Positions 44,663-55,699 are shown, counted from the stretch's first letter. The stretch is DNA of 64,000 nucleotides from Candidatus Dormiibacterota bacterium (GCA_036732165.1 DAINCX010000002.1:8462-72461); one strand, 5' to 3'. A program made the numbers and translations. Notes: generated by a model from the sequence alone, not told the origin.

Positions 44663-47275
44663 TCAGGCGCCGACGGCCGCGGCAGCAGGCTGCCGCGCTT
44701 TCCGAACGACCAGCTCGCCATTTTCGACGTCGACGTCGAGCGCATCGCCATCTCGGAACTTTCCTTCGAGGATCTGCATCGCCAGCGGATCCTGAAGGCG
44801 GCGCTGGATGACCCGCTTCAGGGGCCGAGCGCCGTAGGTCGGGTCATAACCCTCGTTGGCGATCAACTCCATGGCCGCCGGCGTCAAGGTCAACGTGATG
44901 CGCCGCTCCGCCAGGCGCTTGCGCAGCCGCTCGAGCTGGATCTCCACGATCGACTTGATCTGCTCCCGGGTGAGCGGCTTGAAAATGATGATCTCGTCGA
45001 CGCGATTCAAGAACTCCGGCCTGAAGTGCGTCCGCACCGCGTCCATCACCAGCCGTTCCTTCTCCGCGCCGGGGATCCCGGGATCCTGGAGGATCGCCGA
45101 GCCGAGGTTGCTCGTCATGATGATCACGGTGTTCTTGAAGTCAACCGTCCGACCCTGGCCATCCGTCAGCCGGCCATCCTCGAGGATCTGCAACAGGATG
45201 TTGAAGACGTCCTGGTGCGCTTTCTCGATCTCATCGAAGAGGACCACGCTGTACGGGCGCCGGCGGACCGCTTCAGTCAGCTGGCCGCCTTCCTCGTAGC
45301 CGACGTAGCCGGGAGGGGCTCCCACGAGGCGGGCGACGGTGTGCTTCTCCATGTACTCCGACATGTCGATCCGAATCATGGCCTGGTCGTCATCGAAGAG
45401 GAAGTTGGCCAGCGAGCGCGCCAGCTCGGTCTTCCCAACCCCGGTTGGACCGAGGAAGATGAACGATCCGATCGGGCGGTTGGGATCGCCCAGGCCAGCC
45501 CGGCCGCGCCGGACGGCATTGGCAACCGCGCGAACCGCCTCGTCCTGGCCGACCACGCGGGCGTGCAAGCGCTCTTCCATCTTCAGGAGTTTCTGAACCT
45601 CACCCTCGAGCATCTTCTGGACCGGGATGCCGGTCCACCGCGAGACGATGCGGGCGATGTCCTCTTCGTCGACCTCCTCCTTGAGCATGCGCTGGTGCTT
45701 TTGCAGGGCCAGCAGTTCCGCGTTCTTCGCCTCGAGTTCCTTGACGAGTGCCGGGATCTCCCCGTACTTCAGCCGGGCCGCCGTCTCGAAGTCGGCCATC
45801 CGCTCGGCGCGCTCTGCGTCGAGCCGGATCTGCTCCTGCTTGGCCTTGATCTCACGGATCTGCTGGATGAGCGCCTTTTCCTGTTGCCAATGCGCCCGCA
45901 TGGCACGGCTCTTCTCTTGCAGATTGGCAAGCTCTTTTTCGAGCGAGGCCAGCCGCGCCCGGGAGGCGCGATCCTCTTCGCGCTTGAGCGCCTGCCGTTC
46001 GATCTCGAGCTGGCGGATCTGCCGTTCGACCGCATCCAGCTCGGCGGGAAGGCTGTCGATGTCCATGCGCAGGCTCGACGCCGACTCATCGATCAGGTCG
46101 ATGGCTTTGTCCGGCAGGAATCGGTCCGTGATGTAGCGCTGGGCGAGCACGGCGGCCGCCACGATCGCCGAGTCCGTGATCTTGACACCGTGGTGCACTT
46201 CATAGCGTTCCTTGAGCCCCCGCAAGATCGAGATCGTGTCCTCCACCGTGGGCTCACCGACGAAGATCGGCTGGAAGCGCCGTTCGAGCGCCGGGTCTTT
46301 TTCGATGTGCTTGCGGTACTCATCGAGCGTGGTGGCCCCGACCGCCCGCAGCTCGCCCCGGGCCAGCGCCGGCTTCAAGAGGTTGGAGGCATCCATGGCG
46401 CCCTCGGCCGCCCCGGCGCCGACGAGCGTGTGCAGTTCATCAATGAAGAGGACGATCTGACCCGAGGCACTCTCGATCTCCTTGAGGAGCGCCTTGAGCC
46501 GGTCTTCGAACTCACCCCGGTACTTGGTGCCGGCGATCAACGCGCCCAGGTCGAGCGACACGACCCGCTTATCTTTCAAGGACTCCGGAACGTCCCCCTG
46601 CGCGATTCGCTGCGCGAGTCCCTCGGCGATCGCCGTTTTGCCCACGCCGGCTTCGCCGATCAAGACCGGGTTGTTCTTCGTACGCCGCGACAGGACCTGG
46701 ATGACCCGGCGAATCTCTTCCTCGCGACCGATGACCGGGTCCAACTTCCCTTGCCTGGCGAGGGCGGTGAGATCCCGGGTGTATTTCTCGATGGCCTGAA
46801 ACTTCGATTCGGGCGTCGCATCGGTCACGCGGGTCGATCCCCGGACCTGGGCAAGCGCCTGCAGGATCTTTTCTCGCGTGGCTCCGGCTCGACCAAGAAT
46901 GCGGGCCGCTTCCGCGTTGGCCTCATCGGCGATGGCGAGGAGGAGATGCTCGGTGGACAGGTACTCATCCTTGAGCCGCTCCATCTCGGTCCAGGCCACG
47001 TCGAGGACCTTCTTCAATCGCGACCCGAGATAGGTCTCGGCGCCATACACCTTGGGCAGGCGGTCGAGCGGGGCCTTCAGGTCAGCCGTGATGCGGGCCG
47101 GGTCCGCACCCAGTCGCTGCAGGAGCGGAGAGACGGTGCCGTCCTGCTGTTCCAGGAGCGCGAGCAACAGGTGCTCGGGGAGAATCTCCTGGTGTTGCGC
47201 CTCCTGCGCAAGCGCCTGCGCCTGCTGGATCGCCTCCTGGGACTTCTCGGTCAGACGGTCTGGACGGATCGGCAT
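44663..47275 (-). CDS. clpB: ATP-dependent chaperone/disaggregase ClpB
   Basis: 870 aa with two AAA+ modules ([15 protein letters not shown]; [15 protein letters not shown]) and a middle coiled-coil domain. Confidence 0.95.
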   Translation of the reverse strand: MPIRPDRLTEKSQEAIQQAQALAQEAQHQEILPEHLLLALLEQQDGTVSPLLQRLGADPARITADLKAPLDRLPKVYGAETYLGSRLKKVLDVAWTEMERLKDEYLSTEHLLLAIADEANAEAARILGRAGATREKILQALAQVRGSTRVTDATPESKFQAIEKYTRDLTALARQGKLDPVIGREEEIRRVIQVLSRRTKNNPVLIGEAGVGKTAIAEGLAQRIAQGDVPESLKDKRVVSLDLGALIAGTKYRGEFEDRLKALLKEIESASGQIVLFIDELHTLVGAGAAEGAMDASNLLKPALARGELRAVGATTLDEYRKHIEKDPALERRFQPIFVGEPTVEDTISILRGLKERYEVHHGVKITDSAIVAAAVLAQRYITDRFLPDKAIDLIDESASSLRMDIDSLPAELDAVERQIRQLEIERQALKREEDRASRARLASLEKELANLQEKSRAMRAHWQQEKALIQQIREIKAKQEQIRLDAERAERMADFETAARLKYGEIPALVKELEAKNAELLALQKHQRMLKEEVDEEDIARIVSRWTGIPVQKMLEGEVQKLLKMEERLHARVVGQDEAVRAVANAVRRGRAGLGDPNRPIGSFIFLGPTGVGKTELARSLANFLFDDDQAMIRIDMSEYMEKHTVARLVGAPPGYVGYEEGGQLTEAVRRRPYSVVLFDEIEKAHQDVFNILLQILEDGRLTDGQGRTVDFKNTVIIMTSNLGSAILQDPGIPGAEKERLVMDAVRTHFRPEFLNRVDEIIIFKPLTREQIKSIVEIQLERLRKRLAERRITLTLTPAAMELIANEGYDPTYGARPLKRVIQRRLQDPLAMQILEGKFRDGDALDVDVENGELVVRKARQPAAAAVGA

Positions 47276-47341
47276 GGTGTGGGTGTACCCGACACGGAAG
47301 GACGCCTAAACTTGCGCCAGCATGACACACTCGACTAGGTT

Positions 47342-47959
47342 GTGCTGGAGGCGATGCCCGTGTCCACGAAAATAACGACAACTGGCTGGCTCGACCGTTG
47401 GGAAGCCGTGCGACGGACGCTGCCCACGGTCAACCCGGTGATCAAGGGCCATCCCCTGCACGCGATCATGACCGACCTTCCGGTCGCCCTCATCCCCACC
47501 GGCTTCGGCTTTTCGCTGCTCGGGCGCCTGACCGGTCGGCGCGAGCTGGAAGCAGCCGGCTACCTCAACACCCTGGCCGGCGTCGCGCTGGCGGTGCCCA
47601 CCGCAATGTTTGGCGTCGCCGATTACCTCCAGATGGAAGTGCGCGACCCGGCGCAGACGACCGGCTTCGTGCACGGCTCGCTGAATGCCGCGGCCCTCGG
47701 GCTTGGCATCGGCTCGCTGGCCGGCCGAAGCCTGCGGCGGCCGGGCTCACGGCGGGGATTGTGGCTCGGTGGGTTGTCGACCGCGGTCTTCTTCGCCAGC
47801 GCCTACCTGGGCGGCGACCTCGTCTACCACCGCGGCTGGCGGGTCAAACCGATCGAGCGCGAAGAGATCGAACGGCATGGCGTCCCGGAGACCGTGCACG
47901 CCGACGACTTCGTCCTCCGGGGCGCACCCCGCACGCCGGTTACGTCCCGGAGAACCTAA
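47342..47959 (+). CDS. DUF2231-like small membrane protein
   Basis: ...VIKGHPLHAIMTDLPVALIPTGFGFSLLG...; 4 TM segments. Confidence 0.55.
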   Translation: MLEAMPVSTKITTTGWLDRWEAVRRTLPTVNPVIKGHPLHAIMTDLPVALIPTGFGFSLLGRLTGRRELEAAGYLNTLAGVALAVPTAMFGVADYLQMEVRDPAQTTGFVHGSLNAAALGLGIGSLAGRSLRRPGSRRGLWLGGLSTAVFFASAYLGGDLVYHRGWRVKPIEREEIERHGVPETVHADDFVLRGAPRTPVTSRRT

Positions 47960-47967
47960 CTACCGAT

Positions 47968-49872
47968 CTAGACTTCTTTGAAGTCGGCGTCGACGACGTC
48001 GCCGTCGGCGGCCTTCCCGGAGCCAGGGCCCTCCGTCCCGGTCGCGGCCTGGGCACCGGCCCCGGCGCCCTGTGCCTGCCGGTAGACCTGCTCGCCGATC
48101 TTCTGCATGGCCTGCGTCAGCTCCTCGCTGGTCGACTTCATGCGCTCGACGTCGTTGTCCTTGATGGCCTGCCTGACGGGTTCGATCTTGCCTTCGACCT
48201 CCGAGCGGAGCTCGGGTTCGATCTTGTCGGCATTGTCTTTGAGGACCTTCTCCGCCTGGTAGACGAGGCTGTCGGCCTGGTTCCGCGTCTCGACTTCCTC
48301 GCGCCGCTTGCGGTCGTCGGCGGCGTTGGCTTCGGCGTCCTTGACCATCCGCTGGACTTCATCCTTGTTCAGCGTCGTCGAGGCCGTGATCGTGACCTTC
48401 TGCTCCTTCCCGGTGCCAAGGTCCTTGGCGCGAACGTTCAGGATCCCATTGGCGTCGATATCGAAGGCCACCTCGACCTGCGGAACGCCACGGGGTGCCG
48501 GCGGGATGCCATCGAGATGAAATTTGCCGAGGGTCTTGTTGGCGGACGCAATTTCGCGCTCGCCCTGGAGCACGTGGATCTCCACCGACGGCTGACTGTC
48601 CGACGCCGTCGAGAAGACCTGGCTCTTGGAGCTCGGAATCGTGGTGTTGCGCTCGATGAGCTTGGTCATCACGCCGCCAAGGGTCTCGATGCCCAGTGAA
48701 AGCGGCGTCACGTCCAGCAACAGGACGTCCTTGACTTCGCCTTTCAACACCCCCGCCTGGATGGCCGCGCCGATGGCGACGACCTCATCGGGATTGACCC
48801 CGCGGTGGGGTTCCTTGCCATCGGTCAGCTTCTTGACCAGCTCCTGGATGACCGGCATCCGCGTCGAGCCACCCACGAGGATGACCTCGTTAAGGTCGGC
48901 CGGCGACAGGCTGGCGTCCTTGAGGGCGCTGTTGAAGGGTGGCACGCAGCGCTCCGTGAGGTCAGCGGTCAGCTGCTCGAACTTGGCGCGCGTGATCTTC
49001 ATGTCGAGGTGCTTGGGCCCGTTCTGATCGGCGGTGATGAAGGGCAGGTTGATGTCTGTTTCGGGACGACTAGACAGCTCGATCTTGGCCTTTTCGGCCG
49101 CTTCCGTCAGCCGCTGAAGCGCTTGGCGATCGCCTCGCAGGTCGATGCCCTGCTCGCGCTTGAATTCGTCGGCAACATAGTCGACAAGGCGGCGATCGTA
49201 GTCGTCGCCACCCAGGTGCGTATCGCCATTCGTCGCCTTGACTTCGAACACACCCTCGCCAACCTCGAGCACGGACACGTCATACGTGCCTCCGCCGAGG
49301 TCGAAGACGAGGATCTTTTCGTTTTCCTTCTTGTCGAGCCCGTAAGCCAGCGCGGCCGCGGTCGGCTCGTTGATGATGCGGATGACATTCAGCCCGGCGA
49401 TCTGGCCGGCGTTCTTGGTGGCCTGCCGCTGCGAGTCGTTGAAGTAGGCCGGAACGGTGATGACCGCGTCGGTCACCTTCTCGCCGAGGTACGCCTCGGC
49501 GTCCGTCTTCAGCTTCTGGAGGATCATCGCGGAAATCTGTTCCGGCGTATAGCGCTGACCCTGGATCTCGACCTCGACCCGCCCGTCCTTGCCGTTGACG
49601 GTCCGGTACGGGACCATCTTTCGCTCCCGGTCGACTTCGGCGTAGTTGCGACCCATGAAGCGCTTGATCGAAAACACGGTGTTCTCCGGATTGACGGCGG
49701 CCTGGCGCCGGGCCAGCTGCCCGACCAGCCGCTCACCGGACTTGGTGAAGGCAACCACCGACGGGGTGGTCCGGCCGCCCTCCGCGTTCGGAATCACGAC
49801 GGGCTCGCCGCCTTCCATGACGGCCACCACGGAGTTCGTGGTTCCGAGGTCGATTCCTACAGTCTTTCCCAT
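47968..49872 (-). CDS. dnaK: Molecular chaperone DnaK (Hsp70)
   Basis: [22 protein letters not shown]...[12 protein letters not shown]... Confidence 0.95.
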   Translation of the reverse strand: MGKTVGIDLGTTNSVVAVMEGGEPVVIPNAEGGRTTPSVVAFTKSGERLVGQLARRQAAVNPENTVFSIKRFMGRNYAEVDRERKMVPYRTVNGKDGRVEVEIQGQRYTPEQISAMILQKLKTDAEAYLGEKVTDAVITVPAYFNDSQRQATKNAGQIAGLNVIRIINEPTAAALAYGLDKKENEKILVFDLGGGTYDVSVLEVGEGVFEVKATNGDTHLGGDDYDRRLVDYVADEFKREQGIDLRGDRQALQRLTEAAEKAKIELSSRPETDINLPFITADQNGPKHLDMKITRAKFEQLTADLTERCVPPFNSALKDASLSPADLNEVILVGGSTRMPVIQELVKKLTDGKEPHRGVNPDEVVAIGAAIQAGVLKGEVKDVLLLDVTPLSLGIETLGGVMTKLIERNTTIPSSKSQVFSTASDSQPSVEIHVLQGEREIASANKTLGKFHLDGIPPAPRGVPQVEVAFDIDANGILNVRAKDLGTGKEQKVTITASTTLNKDEVQRMVKDAEANAADDRKRREEVETRNQADSLVYQAEKVLKDNADKIEPELRSEVEGKIEPVRQAIKDNDVERMKSTSEELTQAMQKIGEQVYRQAQGAGAGAQAATGTEGPGSGKAADGDVVDADFKEV

Positions 49873-49986
49873 CTCGATTTACTCCTTCAATTCCCGCCAT
49901 CCGCGGGCCTTGCGCATCCCGCGAGGCTGCGCCGTATATACCCGCGTGATTTGGCCGCTAAACGATGGGTAGAATAACCTGCGGTC

Positions 49987-50385
49987 ATGCGCACCGTTAT
50001 CGTCGGTTGCGGGCGGGTGGGCGCCAGCCTGGCCAAGCAGCTGAGCCAGGAGGGGGATACGGTGACGGTCGTCGACTCGAGCGAGGCCGCCTTCAACCGC
50101 CTGGGCGAAGATTTTGCCGGCGAGATGATCTTCGGCACCGCGGTCGATGAGGACGTCCTCCGCCAGGCCGGCACCGAGAATGCCGACGCCTTTGTGGCGG
50201 TGACCAACGCCGATACCACTAACATCATGGCGGCCCAGCTGGCGCAGCACCTCTTCAATGTCAAGAAAGTGATCTGTCGCATCTACGATCCGGCCCAGGC
50301 CGATATCTATCGCGAGCTCGGGCTGGACACGATTTGTCCGACGACCATCGGCGCCGAGAAGGTGAAGCGCTTCTTCGAGCGCTAG
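49987..50385 (+). CDS. TrkA-N (NAD-binding, K+ transport regulator-like) domain protein
   Basis: MRTVIVGCGRVGASLAKQLSQEGDTVTVVD: Rossmann GxGxxG. Confidence 0.8.
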   Translation: MRTVIVGCGRVGASLAKQLSQEGDTVTVVDSSEAAFNRLGEDFAGEMIFGTAVDEDVLRQAGTENADAFVAVTNADTTNIMAAQLAQHLFNVKKVICRIYDPAQADIYRELGLDTICPTTIGAEKVKRFFER

Positions 50386-50559
50386 ATGACCCCTTATCGA
50401 TTCACCCAGGGGATTGGGATCCTGGCCTTGATCCTCGGCCTCATCATCCTCCTCCGGGACGTGGTCGAGATCCATTCGATCCCATACGGGATCGCCGGCA
50501 TCGGCCTGCTGGCGTTCGGGGCCTGGAGGCTACAGATGGCCGGTCGGCTTCGCCCGTGA
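50386..50559 (+). CDS. 57-aa two-TM micro-protein (not in the ORF track)
   Basis: ATG immediately after the trkA-N TAG. MTPYRFTQGIGILALILGLIILLRDVVEIHSIPYGIAGIGLLAFGAWRLQMAGRLRP. Its TGA overlaps the GTG of the next gene (GTGA). Confidence 0.4.
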   Translation: MTPYRFTQGIGILALILGLIILLRDVVEIHSIPYGIAGIGLLAFGAWRLQMAGRLRP

Positions 50560-51140
50560 CGCTCGTCCTCAGCCCCCTCGGGATCACGCTGGCCGTCGGG
50601 TTCACGGTCGGGTTGGCCGGCACGCTTGGCTGGATGCTGCGGGTTCCCCCGCCCGCGCCGCGCGGCGCGACCAGCACCCTTCGGTCGGTGCAGTCGATCC
50701 GCAAGGTGCTCGTGCCGATCATCGATTTGGGCGCCTCCGTCCGGGCGGTGGAGCTGGCGGCACGCCTGAACCAGGGTCACAAAGCGGAGATGGTGATCGT
50801 CTACGTGCACGAGATCCCCCTGCAGGCGCCGCTCGCCATGCCTGAGCGAGATCCGCGGATTCAGCGGGCGCTCGACGCGGCCGCTTTCATCGCCATGCAG
50901 CACGCGATCGAGCCGCGGACCAAGGTAAACGTGGCCCGGCAGGCGGGCCACCGCATCGTCGAGATCGCCCGCGAAGAGGGCGTGGACCTGATCGTGATGG
51001 GCATCAGCCACGTGAACCGGCCGAACGAAGGGACCCTGGGCCGGATCGCCGAGCACGTCATGCGTAATGCGCCCTGCGAGGTGGTCGTCGACCGGGTCCC
51101 GCGCCAGAAGGTCTCCCTGATCCCCACGGAGATCGCGTAG
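50556..51140 (+). CDS. Membrane-anchored universal stress protein (UspA domain)
   Basis: The start was trimmed to the GTG at 50556 (VTLVLSPLGITLAVGFTVGLAGTLGWML, TM). The USP domain shows ...KVLVPIIDLGASVRAVELAA...LIVMGISH...GTLGRIAEHVMRNAPCEVVVD. Confidence 0.7.
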   Translation: MTLVLSPLGITLAVGFTVGLAGTLGWMLRVPPPAPRGATSTLRSVQSIRKVLVPIIDLGASVRAVELAARLNQGHKAEMVIVYVHEIPLQAPLAMPERDPRIQRALDAAAFIAMQHAIEPRTKVNVARQAGHRIVEIAREEGVDLIVMGISHVNRPNEGTLGRIAEHVMRNAPCEVVVDRVPRQKVSLIPTEIA

Positions 51141-51160
51141 CCTGGCTTGATGCCGAGCGG

Positions 51161-51574
51161 CTAGCTGGCGATCCGGTTGTCCAGCCGCTCGCCGTACGGA
51201 AGTCCGAGCGTCGCACGGATCTCGAGGCTGAGTCGCGCCAGGATCACGCGCGACTTCAGGAAGTATCGCTGCACGTTGGGGGCGTTGTGCCACCAGAGAT
51301 TGTCCTCCGGACCGGCGTTGCTCAAGATCCAGATCGGGATTGCCCCGGCCTCTGGGTCGGGCCCCCAGGCCTCGATCAGATCGCGGCCAGATCCGTCGGG
51401 CAGGCGGAGGTCGATCAAGATCAAGGCGGGGATCCGCGTCCGCACGAACGCGTCCGCGTCTTTGCCGTTACGGACATGTTCAAGGGGAATCCCGTCGCGG
51501 CGAAGCTGCTCCAGGTAAATGTCCGCGATCGCCTGGTCGTCTTCAACCAGGAGAACCCGCCGTTCCCGTGCCAC
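51161..51574 (-). CDS. Stand-alone response-regulator receiver (CheY-like) protein
   Basis: MARERRVLLVEDDQAIADIY...LILIDLRLPDGSG...: the phospho-acceptor Asp context. No output domain, and no adjacent histidine kinase. Confidence 0.8.
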   Translation of the reverse strand: MARERRVLLVEDDQAIADIYLEQLRRDGIPLEHVRNGKDADAFVRTRIPALILIDLRLPDGSGRDLIEAWGPDPEAGAIPIWILSNAGPEDNLWWHNAPNVQRYFLKSRVILARLSLEIRATLGLPYGERLDNRIAS

Positions 51575-51625
51575 ATCGCGACATTAGGTAATCAAGGTTG
51601 CGGATGGCCTTTCAGGCAGGAGGCG

Positions 51626-52012
51626 TCACCGTGGCCCGATGGTCCGTTTCGCCGTGCGGTACGCATCCACGGCGCAGTACACCCAGAGTCCCAATCCGCC
51701 CATATCCATCGGGATCCCAAGTGGCAATCCGATGACGCTGAGATCGAGCTCGGTTCCCAGCACGAGGGGGCCCACGATGGCGACAAAGAAGGCCAGGCCG
51801 CGCACCGGCGCCCGCGCATACCAGTGCCCCAGGCCGGGGACGATCGACAGCCTCGCGGCCCGACCCGGGTCGATCGGGCGCGCTTCGGCAAAACGGGGGC
51901 GGCCGTCGATCACCTCTCCCTCGACCGGTTGGGCGTGCACTTGGGTGCCGCAGTTCTGGCAGAACGCAGCGCCCGGCGGAACCGATCGGCGGCAGCGGGG
52001 ACAAGTCTCCAC
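51626..52012 (-). CDS. Zinc-ribbon membrane protein
   Basis: METCPRCRRSVPPGAAFCQNCGTQV is CxxC...CxxC, followed by 2 TM segments. Confidence 0.55.
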   Translation of the reverse strand: METCPRCRRSVPPGAAFCQNCGTQVHAQPVEGEVIDGRPRFAEARPIDPGRAARLSIVPGLGHWYARAPVRGLAFFVAIVGPLVLGTELDLSVIGLPLGIPMDMGGLGLWVYCAVDAYRTAKRTIGPR

Positions 52013-52038
52013 GTCTCCAGCGTACTAGCATTATCCGA

Positions 52039-52986
52039 GTGCCCGGCGCGCAAACTTCGGCGTCACGAGTGAACGGGAAACGCCGGGGCCTGCACGAGGC
52101 GATCGCGGAAAACGTCAGGGATGGCGACGCCGTCGCCCTCGGCCTGGCCCTGGAGTCCGGGATTCCGTTCGCGGCCGTTCACGAGATCATCCGCCAGCGC
52201 AAAAAGGATCTCAGCCTGATCGGCCCCATCTCGGATATGGCCTTCGACCAGCTGATCGGTGCCGGCACCGCGGGCCGGGTGATCGCCGCCTGGGTTGGGA
52301 ATGTGGCGGGTGGGTCGGGATACGCCTTCCGACGAGCGGTTGAGCGCGGGATCCCACGGGCGATCGAGGTGGAAGATCACTCCAACTTCACCGTGGGCCT
52401 GGCCCTGAAGGCCGCGGCGATGGGTCTCCCCTACCTCCCCACCTTCACCGGGATCGGCGGCGACATCGTCAAGGACCATCCGCGAGTGCGGCCGGTGACG
52501 GATCCATTCGGCGGGCCATCGTTGCTGGCGGTCGGGGCCCTCCGACCGGATGTCGCCATCGTCCATGTTCAACGGGCTGATGAGGATGGCAACGCGCATC
52601 TGTGGGGCAATCTCGGCCTGGTCGTGGAAGCCGCCTATTCGGCGCGGCGCATCATCCTGACCTGCGAGGAGATCGTGCCGCGTGATGTGATTCGGAGCGA
52701 CCCCAACCGCACCCAGATTCCCGGGTTCCTGGTCAACGCGGTCGTCGAAGAGCCGGGGGGCGCCCTTCCGGCCTCGGTTCAGGGGTACTGGCGGCGGGAC
52801 TTCGCGCCGTTTCTCGATTACCACCGCCGATCGTCCACGGTCGGGGGCTTCCAGGCCTGGCTGCAGGAGTGGGTGCTCGACCTGCCCGATCGTGGCGCCT
52901 ACCTCCAGCGTCTCGGCCAACCAGCGCTGGCGCGGCTCCGTGTACGCGAGGAGCGCCTGGCCGCCCCGGCCAACTTTGCCCCGTGA
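52039..52986 (+). CDS. CoA-transferase subunit A (3-oxoacid/glutaconate CoA-transferase family)
   Basis: ...AIAENVRDGDAVALGL...; family I CoA-transferase alpha. Confidence 0.8.
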   Translation: MPGAQTSASRVNGKRRGLHEAIAENVRDGDAVALGLALESGIPFAAVHEIIRQRKKDLSLIGPISDMAFDQLIGAGTAGRVIAAWVGNVAGGSGYAFRRAVERGIPRAIEVEDHSNFTVGLALKAAAMGLPYLPTFTGIGGDIVKDHPRVRPVTDPFGGPSLLAVGALRPDVAIVHVQRADEDGNAHLWGNLGLVVEAAYSARRIILTCEEIVPRDVIRSDPNRTQIPGFLVNAVVEEPGGALPASVQGYWRRDFAPFLDYHRRSSTVGGFQAWLQEWVLDLPDRGAYLQRLGQPALARLRVREERLAAPANFAP

Positions 52987-53732
52987 GCGAGGGATACACG
53001 CCCCGGGAACTGATGGTCGTCGCTGCCGGACGCGAAATTCATGATCTCGAGGTCGTCTTTGTCGGGATGCGCCTGCCGCTGCTCGGTTTCGGTCTCGCCA
53101 AGGCGACCCACGCCCCGGGTGCCATCGGGCTCTTCGAAAACGGGGTGATTCGGGACCGTCCGGCCGAGGCCTTCATTTACACCATGGGCGATCCCCCGAA
53201 CATTGCCGGGGCGGTGGCGTGCGTTCGGTTGTTGGACGTGATGAGCCTGCTTCAACAGGGCCGGGTGGACGTCGGGTTCCTGGGCGGGGCGGAAATCGAC
53301 CCGATGGGGAACCTCAACACCACGAAGACCATGCCGGGCGGACAGCTGGTCCGGCTCCCGGGAAGCGGGGGCGCCGGTGACATCGCCTCCCTGGCCGGAC
53401 GCACCGTATTGATCATGGATCACGAACCGCGTCGCTTCAAAGAGCACGTCGCATACATCACCTCACCGGGACATCATGCGGACCGCCGCCGCGGGGGTCC
53501 CGCGACCCTGATCACCACGCTCGGCGTGTTCGATCTCCGGCAAGGGCGATTTCGGGTGAACAGCCTTCACCCGGGCGTCACGGCGGCGGCCGTTCGCGCC
53601 GCGACCGCCTTCGAGGTGGAGCTCGATGATAGTGTGGAAACGACAACGCCACCAAGCGCCGAGGAGCTTGCCTACATCCGCCACGCCGACCCGGAGGGAT
53701 TCTGGACCGGCGACCCGGTGCGAAACGGATGA
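52983..53732 (+). CDS. CoA-transferase subunit B
   Basis: The start was trimmed to the GTG at 52983, which overlaps the subunit A stop (GTGA). ...LGGAEIDPMGNLNTT...SGGAGD...: the catalytic Glu region. Confidence 0.8.
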   Translation: MSEGYTPRELMVVAAGREIHDLEVVFVGMRLPLLGFGLAKATHAPGAIGLFENGVIRDRPAEAFIYTMGDPPNIAGAVACVRLLDVMSLLQQGRVDVGFLGGAEIDPMGNLNTTKTMPGGQLVRLPGSGGAGDIASLAGRTVLIMDHEPRRFKEHVAYITSPGHHADRRRGGPATLITTLGVFDLRQGRFRVNSLHPGVTAAAVRAATAFEVELDDSVETTTPPSAEELAYIRHADPEGFWTGDPVRNG

Positions 53733-55699
53733 GTCCGCTCGAGCCCGCGTGGACCCCTTCGAAGGAGCAAGCGCGCTCGAGCCGGCTCTGGCACTTTCTG
53801 ACCGCGCTCGGCTGTTCGAGCTACCCCGAGCTCTGCAAGCGAGCGGCCGCCAATCCTGCCTGGTTCTGGGATGCCATGGTCAAAGACCTGGGGATCGTCT
53901 GGTCCACCCCCTACACCGCGGTGATGGATACCTCGGCCGGGATCCCGTTCACGCGATGGTTCCCTGACGGCCGGCTCAACGCCTATGACTCCGTCGTCGT
54001 CCGGCACAGCCGGGCACACCCGTCGAGCCTGGCCATCGTGGCCGAGGTCGAGGGCGGCGATGTCCGCCGGCTGACCTACGCCGAGCTCGAGGACGAGGTG
54101 GAGCGCGCGTCCGCCGGCCTCCGGGCGATCGGCGTCGAGCGCGGCACCGCCGTCGGTCTCTACCTCCCCCTCGTGATCGAGACCGCCGTGGCGCTCCTGG
54201 CCTGCGCGAAGTTGGGAGCGATCGCCGTGCCCCTCTTCTCAGGTTTCGGCGCGGATGCCATCCGTCAGCGTCTCACGGATGCCGGCGCCAGGGTCTTGAT
54301 CACCGCCGACGGCGCGATCCGCCGCGGCCGCGCGGTCCGGATGAAGGCGACGGCCGACCAGGCGGTGGCGGCGCTGCCCGGCCTCCACCGGGTGGTCGTC
54401 GTGCCGTGCGCCGGGATCGCGGTGCCGATGTCGCCCCAGCGTGACCTGAGCTGGCGGGAGCTGACCGGGCCGGCCCATCCACGCGCCAGCACGGAGGTCA
54501 TGTCACCGCAGGACCCCCTGCTCCTGCTCTATACCTCGGGGACGACGGGGCGGCCCAAGGGAACCATGCACGGCCACGCCGGCCTGCCGATCAAGAGCGG
54601 CCAGGACTGGGCCTACGGGATGGATGTCCGGGCCGGCGACCGCGTCATGTGGGTCACCGACATGGGTTGGGTGATGGGCCCGCTCCTGGTCTTCGGCAGC
54701 CTGATCCTGGGAGGGACCGCTGTCCTCTACGATGGCGCCGCGGACTATCCGGATGCGGGCCGAATCTGGGCTACCGCGGAGCGCCACGGTGTCACCCACC
54801 TGGGCGTCTCCCCCACCCTGATCCGAGTCCTGATGCCCGCCGGCGAGGAATTCGCGCGCCGCCAGCCGCTTGGCCGGTTGCGGGTCTTGACCTCGACCGG
54901 CGAACCGTGGACGCCGGAGGCCTGGACCTGGCTGTTCGATGTCGTCGGGCGGCGCCGGCTCCCGATCATCAACTACTCAGGGGGCACCGAATGCGGCGGC
55001 GGCCTCCTGTCGGGCAACCTCCTGACGCCATGCCGCCCCGGAAGCTTCGCGGGCCCGATCCCCGGCGTCGACGCCGCGGTCTACGACGACCAGGGGGAGC
55101 CGGTACGCGGCAAGGTCGGGGAACTCGTCGTGCGCCAGCCGTACGTCGGTATGACCCTCGGCTTCTGGAAAGACCCGGACCGCTACCTGGAGACGTACTG
55201 GTCGCGCTGGCCCGACGTCTGGGTCCACGGGGATTGGGCGATGATCGACGACGACGGGCTCTGGTTCATCCTCGGCCGCTCGGACGACACGATCAAGGTG
55301 GCGGGAAAGCGGGTAGGCCCGGCGGAGGTGGAGGCAGCGGCGCTCGACGGCGGGGGCGTGATCGAGGCAGCTGCCGTCGGCGTGCCCGATCCCATCAAGG
55401 GGCAGGCGGTGGTCATCTTCGTGGTCGCCGGGCCTGGGGTTGCCGCCGGGATGATCCCCGCCGAGGTTAGCCTGCGAGTGGAGCGATCCCTGGGCAAGCC
55501 CTTCAAGCCCGCCGCCGTCCATGTCATCCCCAGGCTCCCCAAGACGCGCAATGGCAAGATCCTGCGGCGGGTGATTCGGAACGTCTTCCTTGACGACCCG
55601 CCCGGGGACCTGTCGTCCCTCGACGATCCGGCGAGCCTGGAACCGATCCGGCATCTCGCGCGAAAGCGCGCCGCCCCCGACGAGCGGAGCTCCGGCTGA
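53729..55699 (+). CDS. AMP-forming acyl-CoA synthetase (acetoacetyl-CoA synthetase-like)
   Basis: ...LLYTSGTTGRPKGTMHGH... (AMP-binding motif I); ...DWAMIDDDGLWFILGRSDDTIKVAGKRVGPAEVE... ATGA overlap with subunit B. Confidence 0.85.
   Translation: MSPLEPAWTPSKEQARSSRLWHFLTALGCSSYPELCKRAAANPAWFWDAMVKDLGIVWSTPYTAVMDTSAGIPFTRWFPDGRLNAYDSVVVRHSRAHPSSLAIVAEVEGGDVRRLTYAELEDEVERASAGLRAIGVERGTAVGLYLPLVIETAVALLACAKLGAIAVPLFSGFGADAIRQRLTDAGARVLITADGAIRRGRAVRMKATADQAVAALPGLHRVVVVPCAGIAVPMSPQRDLSWRELTGPAHPRASTEVMSPQDPLLLLYTSGTTGRPKGTMHGHAGLPIKSGQDWAYGMDVRAGDRVMWVTDMGWVMGPLLVFGSLILGGTAVLYDGAADYPDAGRIWATAERHGVTHLGVSPTLIRVLMPAGEEFARRQPLGRLRVLTSTGEPWTPEAWTWLFDVVGRRRLPIINYSGGTECGGGLLSGNLLTPCRPGSFAGPIPGVDAAVYDDQGEPVRGKVGELVVRQPYVGMTLGFWKDPDRYLETYWSRWPDVWVHGDWAMIDDDGLWFILGRSDDTIKVAGKRVGPAEVEAAALDGGGVIEAAAVGVPDPIKGQAVVIFVVAGPGVAAGMIPAEVSLRVERSLGKPFKPAAVHVIPRLPKTRNGKILRRVIRNVFLDDPPGDLSSLDDPASLEPIRHLARKRAAPDERSSG

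Noticed and set aside
44200-44751. ORFs 44200-44751(-), 44232-44585(+), 44269-44511(+) and 44408-44590(+)
   Set aside because: They overlap the tRNA-Thr gene at 44556-44631. The only credible coding frame is the trimmed CGGC ORF 44211-44489.
47276-47341. Possible CIRCE or HAIR heat-shock operator upstream of clpB
   Set aside because: Neither consensus, nor a convincing inverted repeat, is present on either strand.
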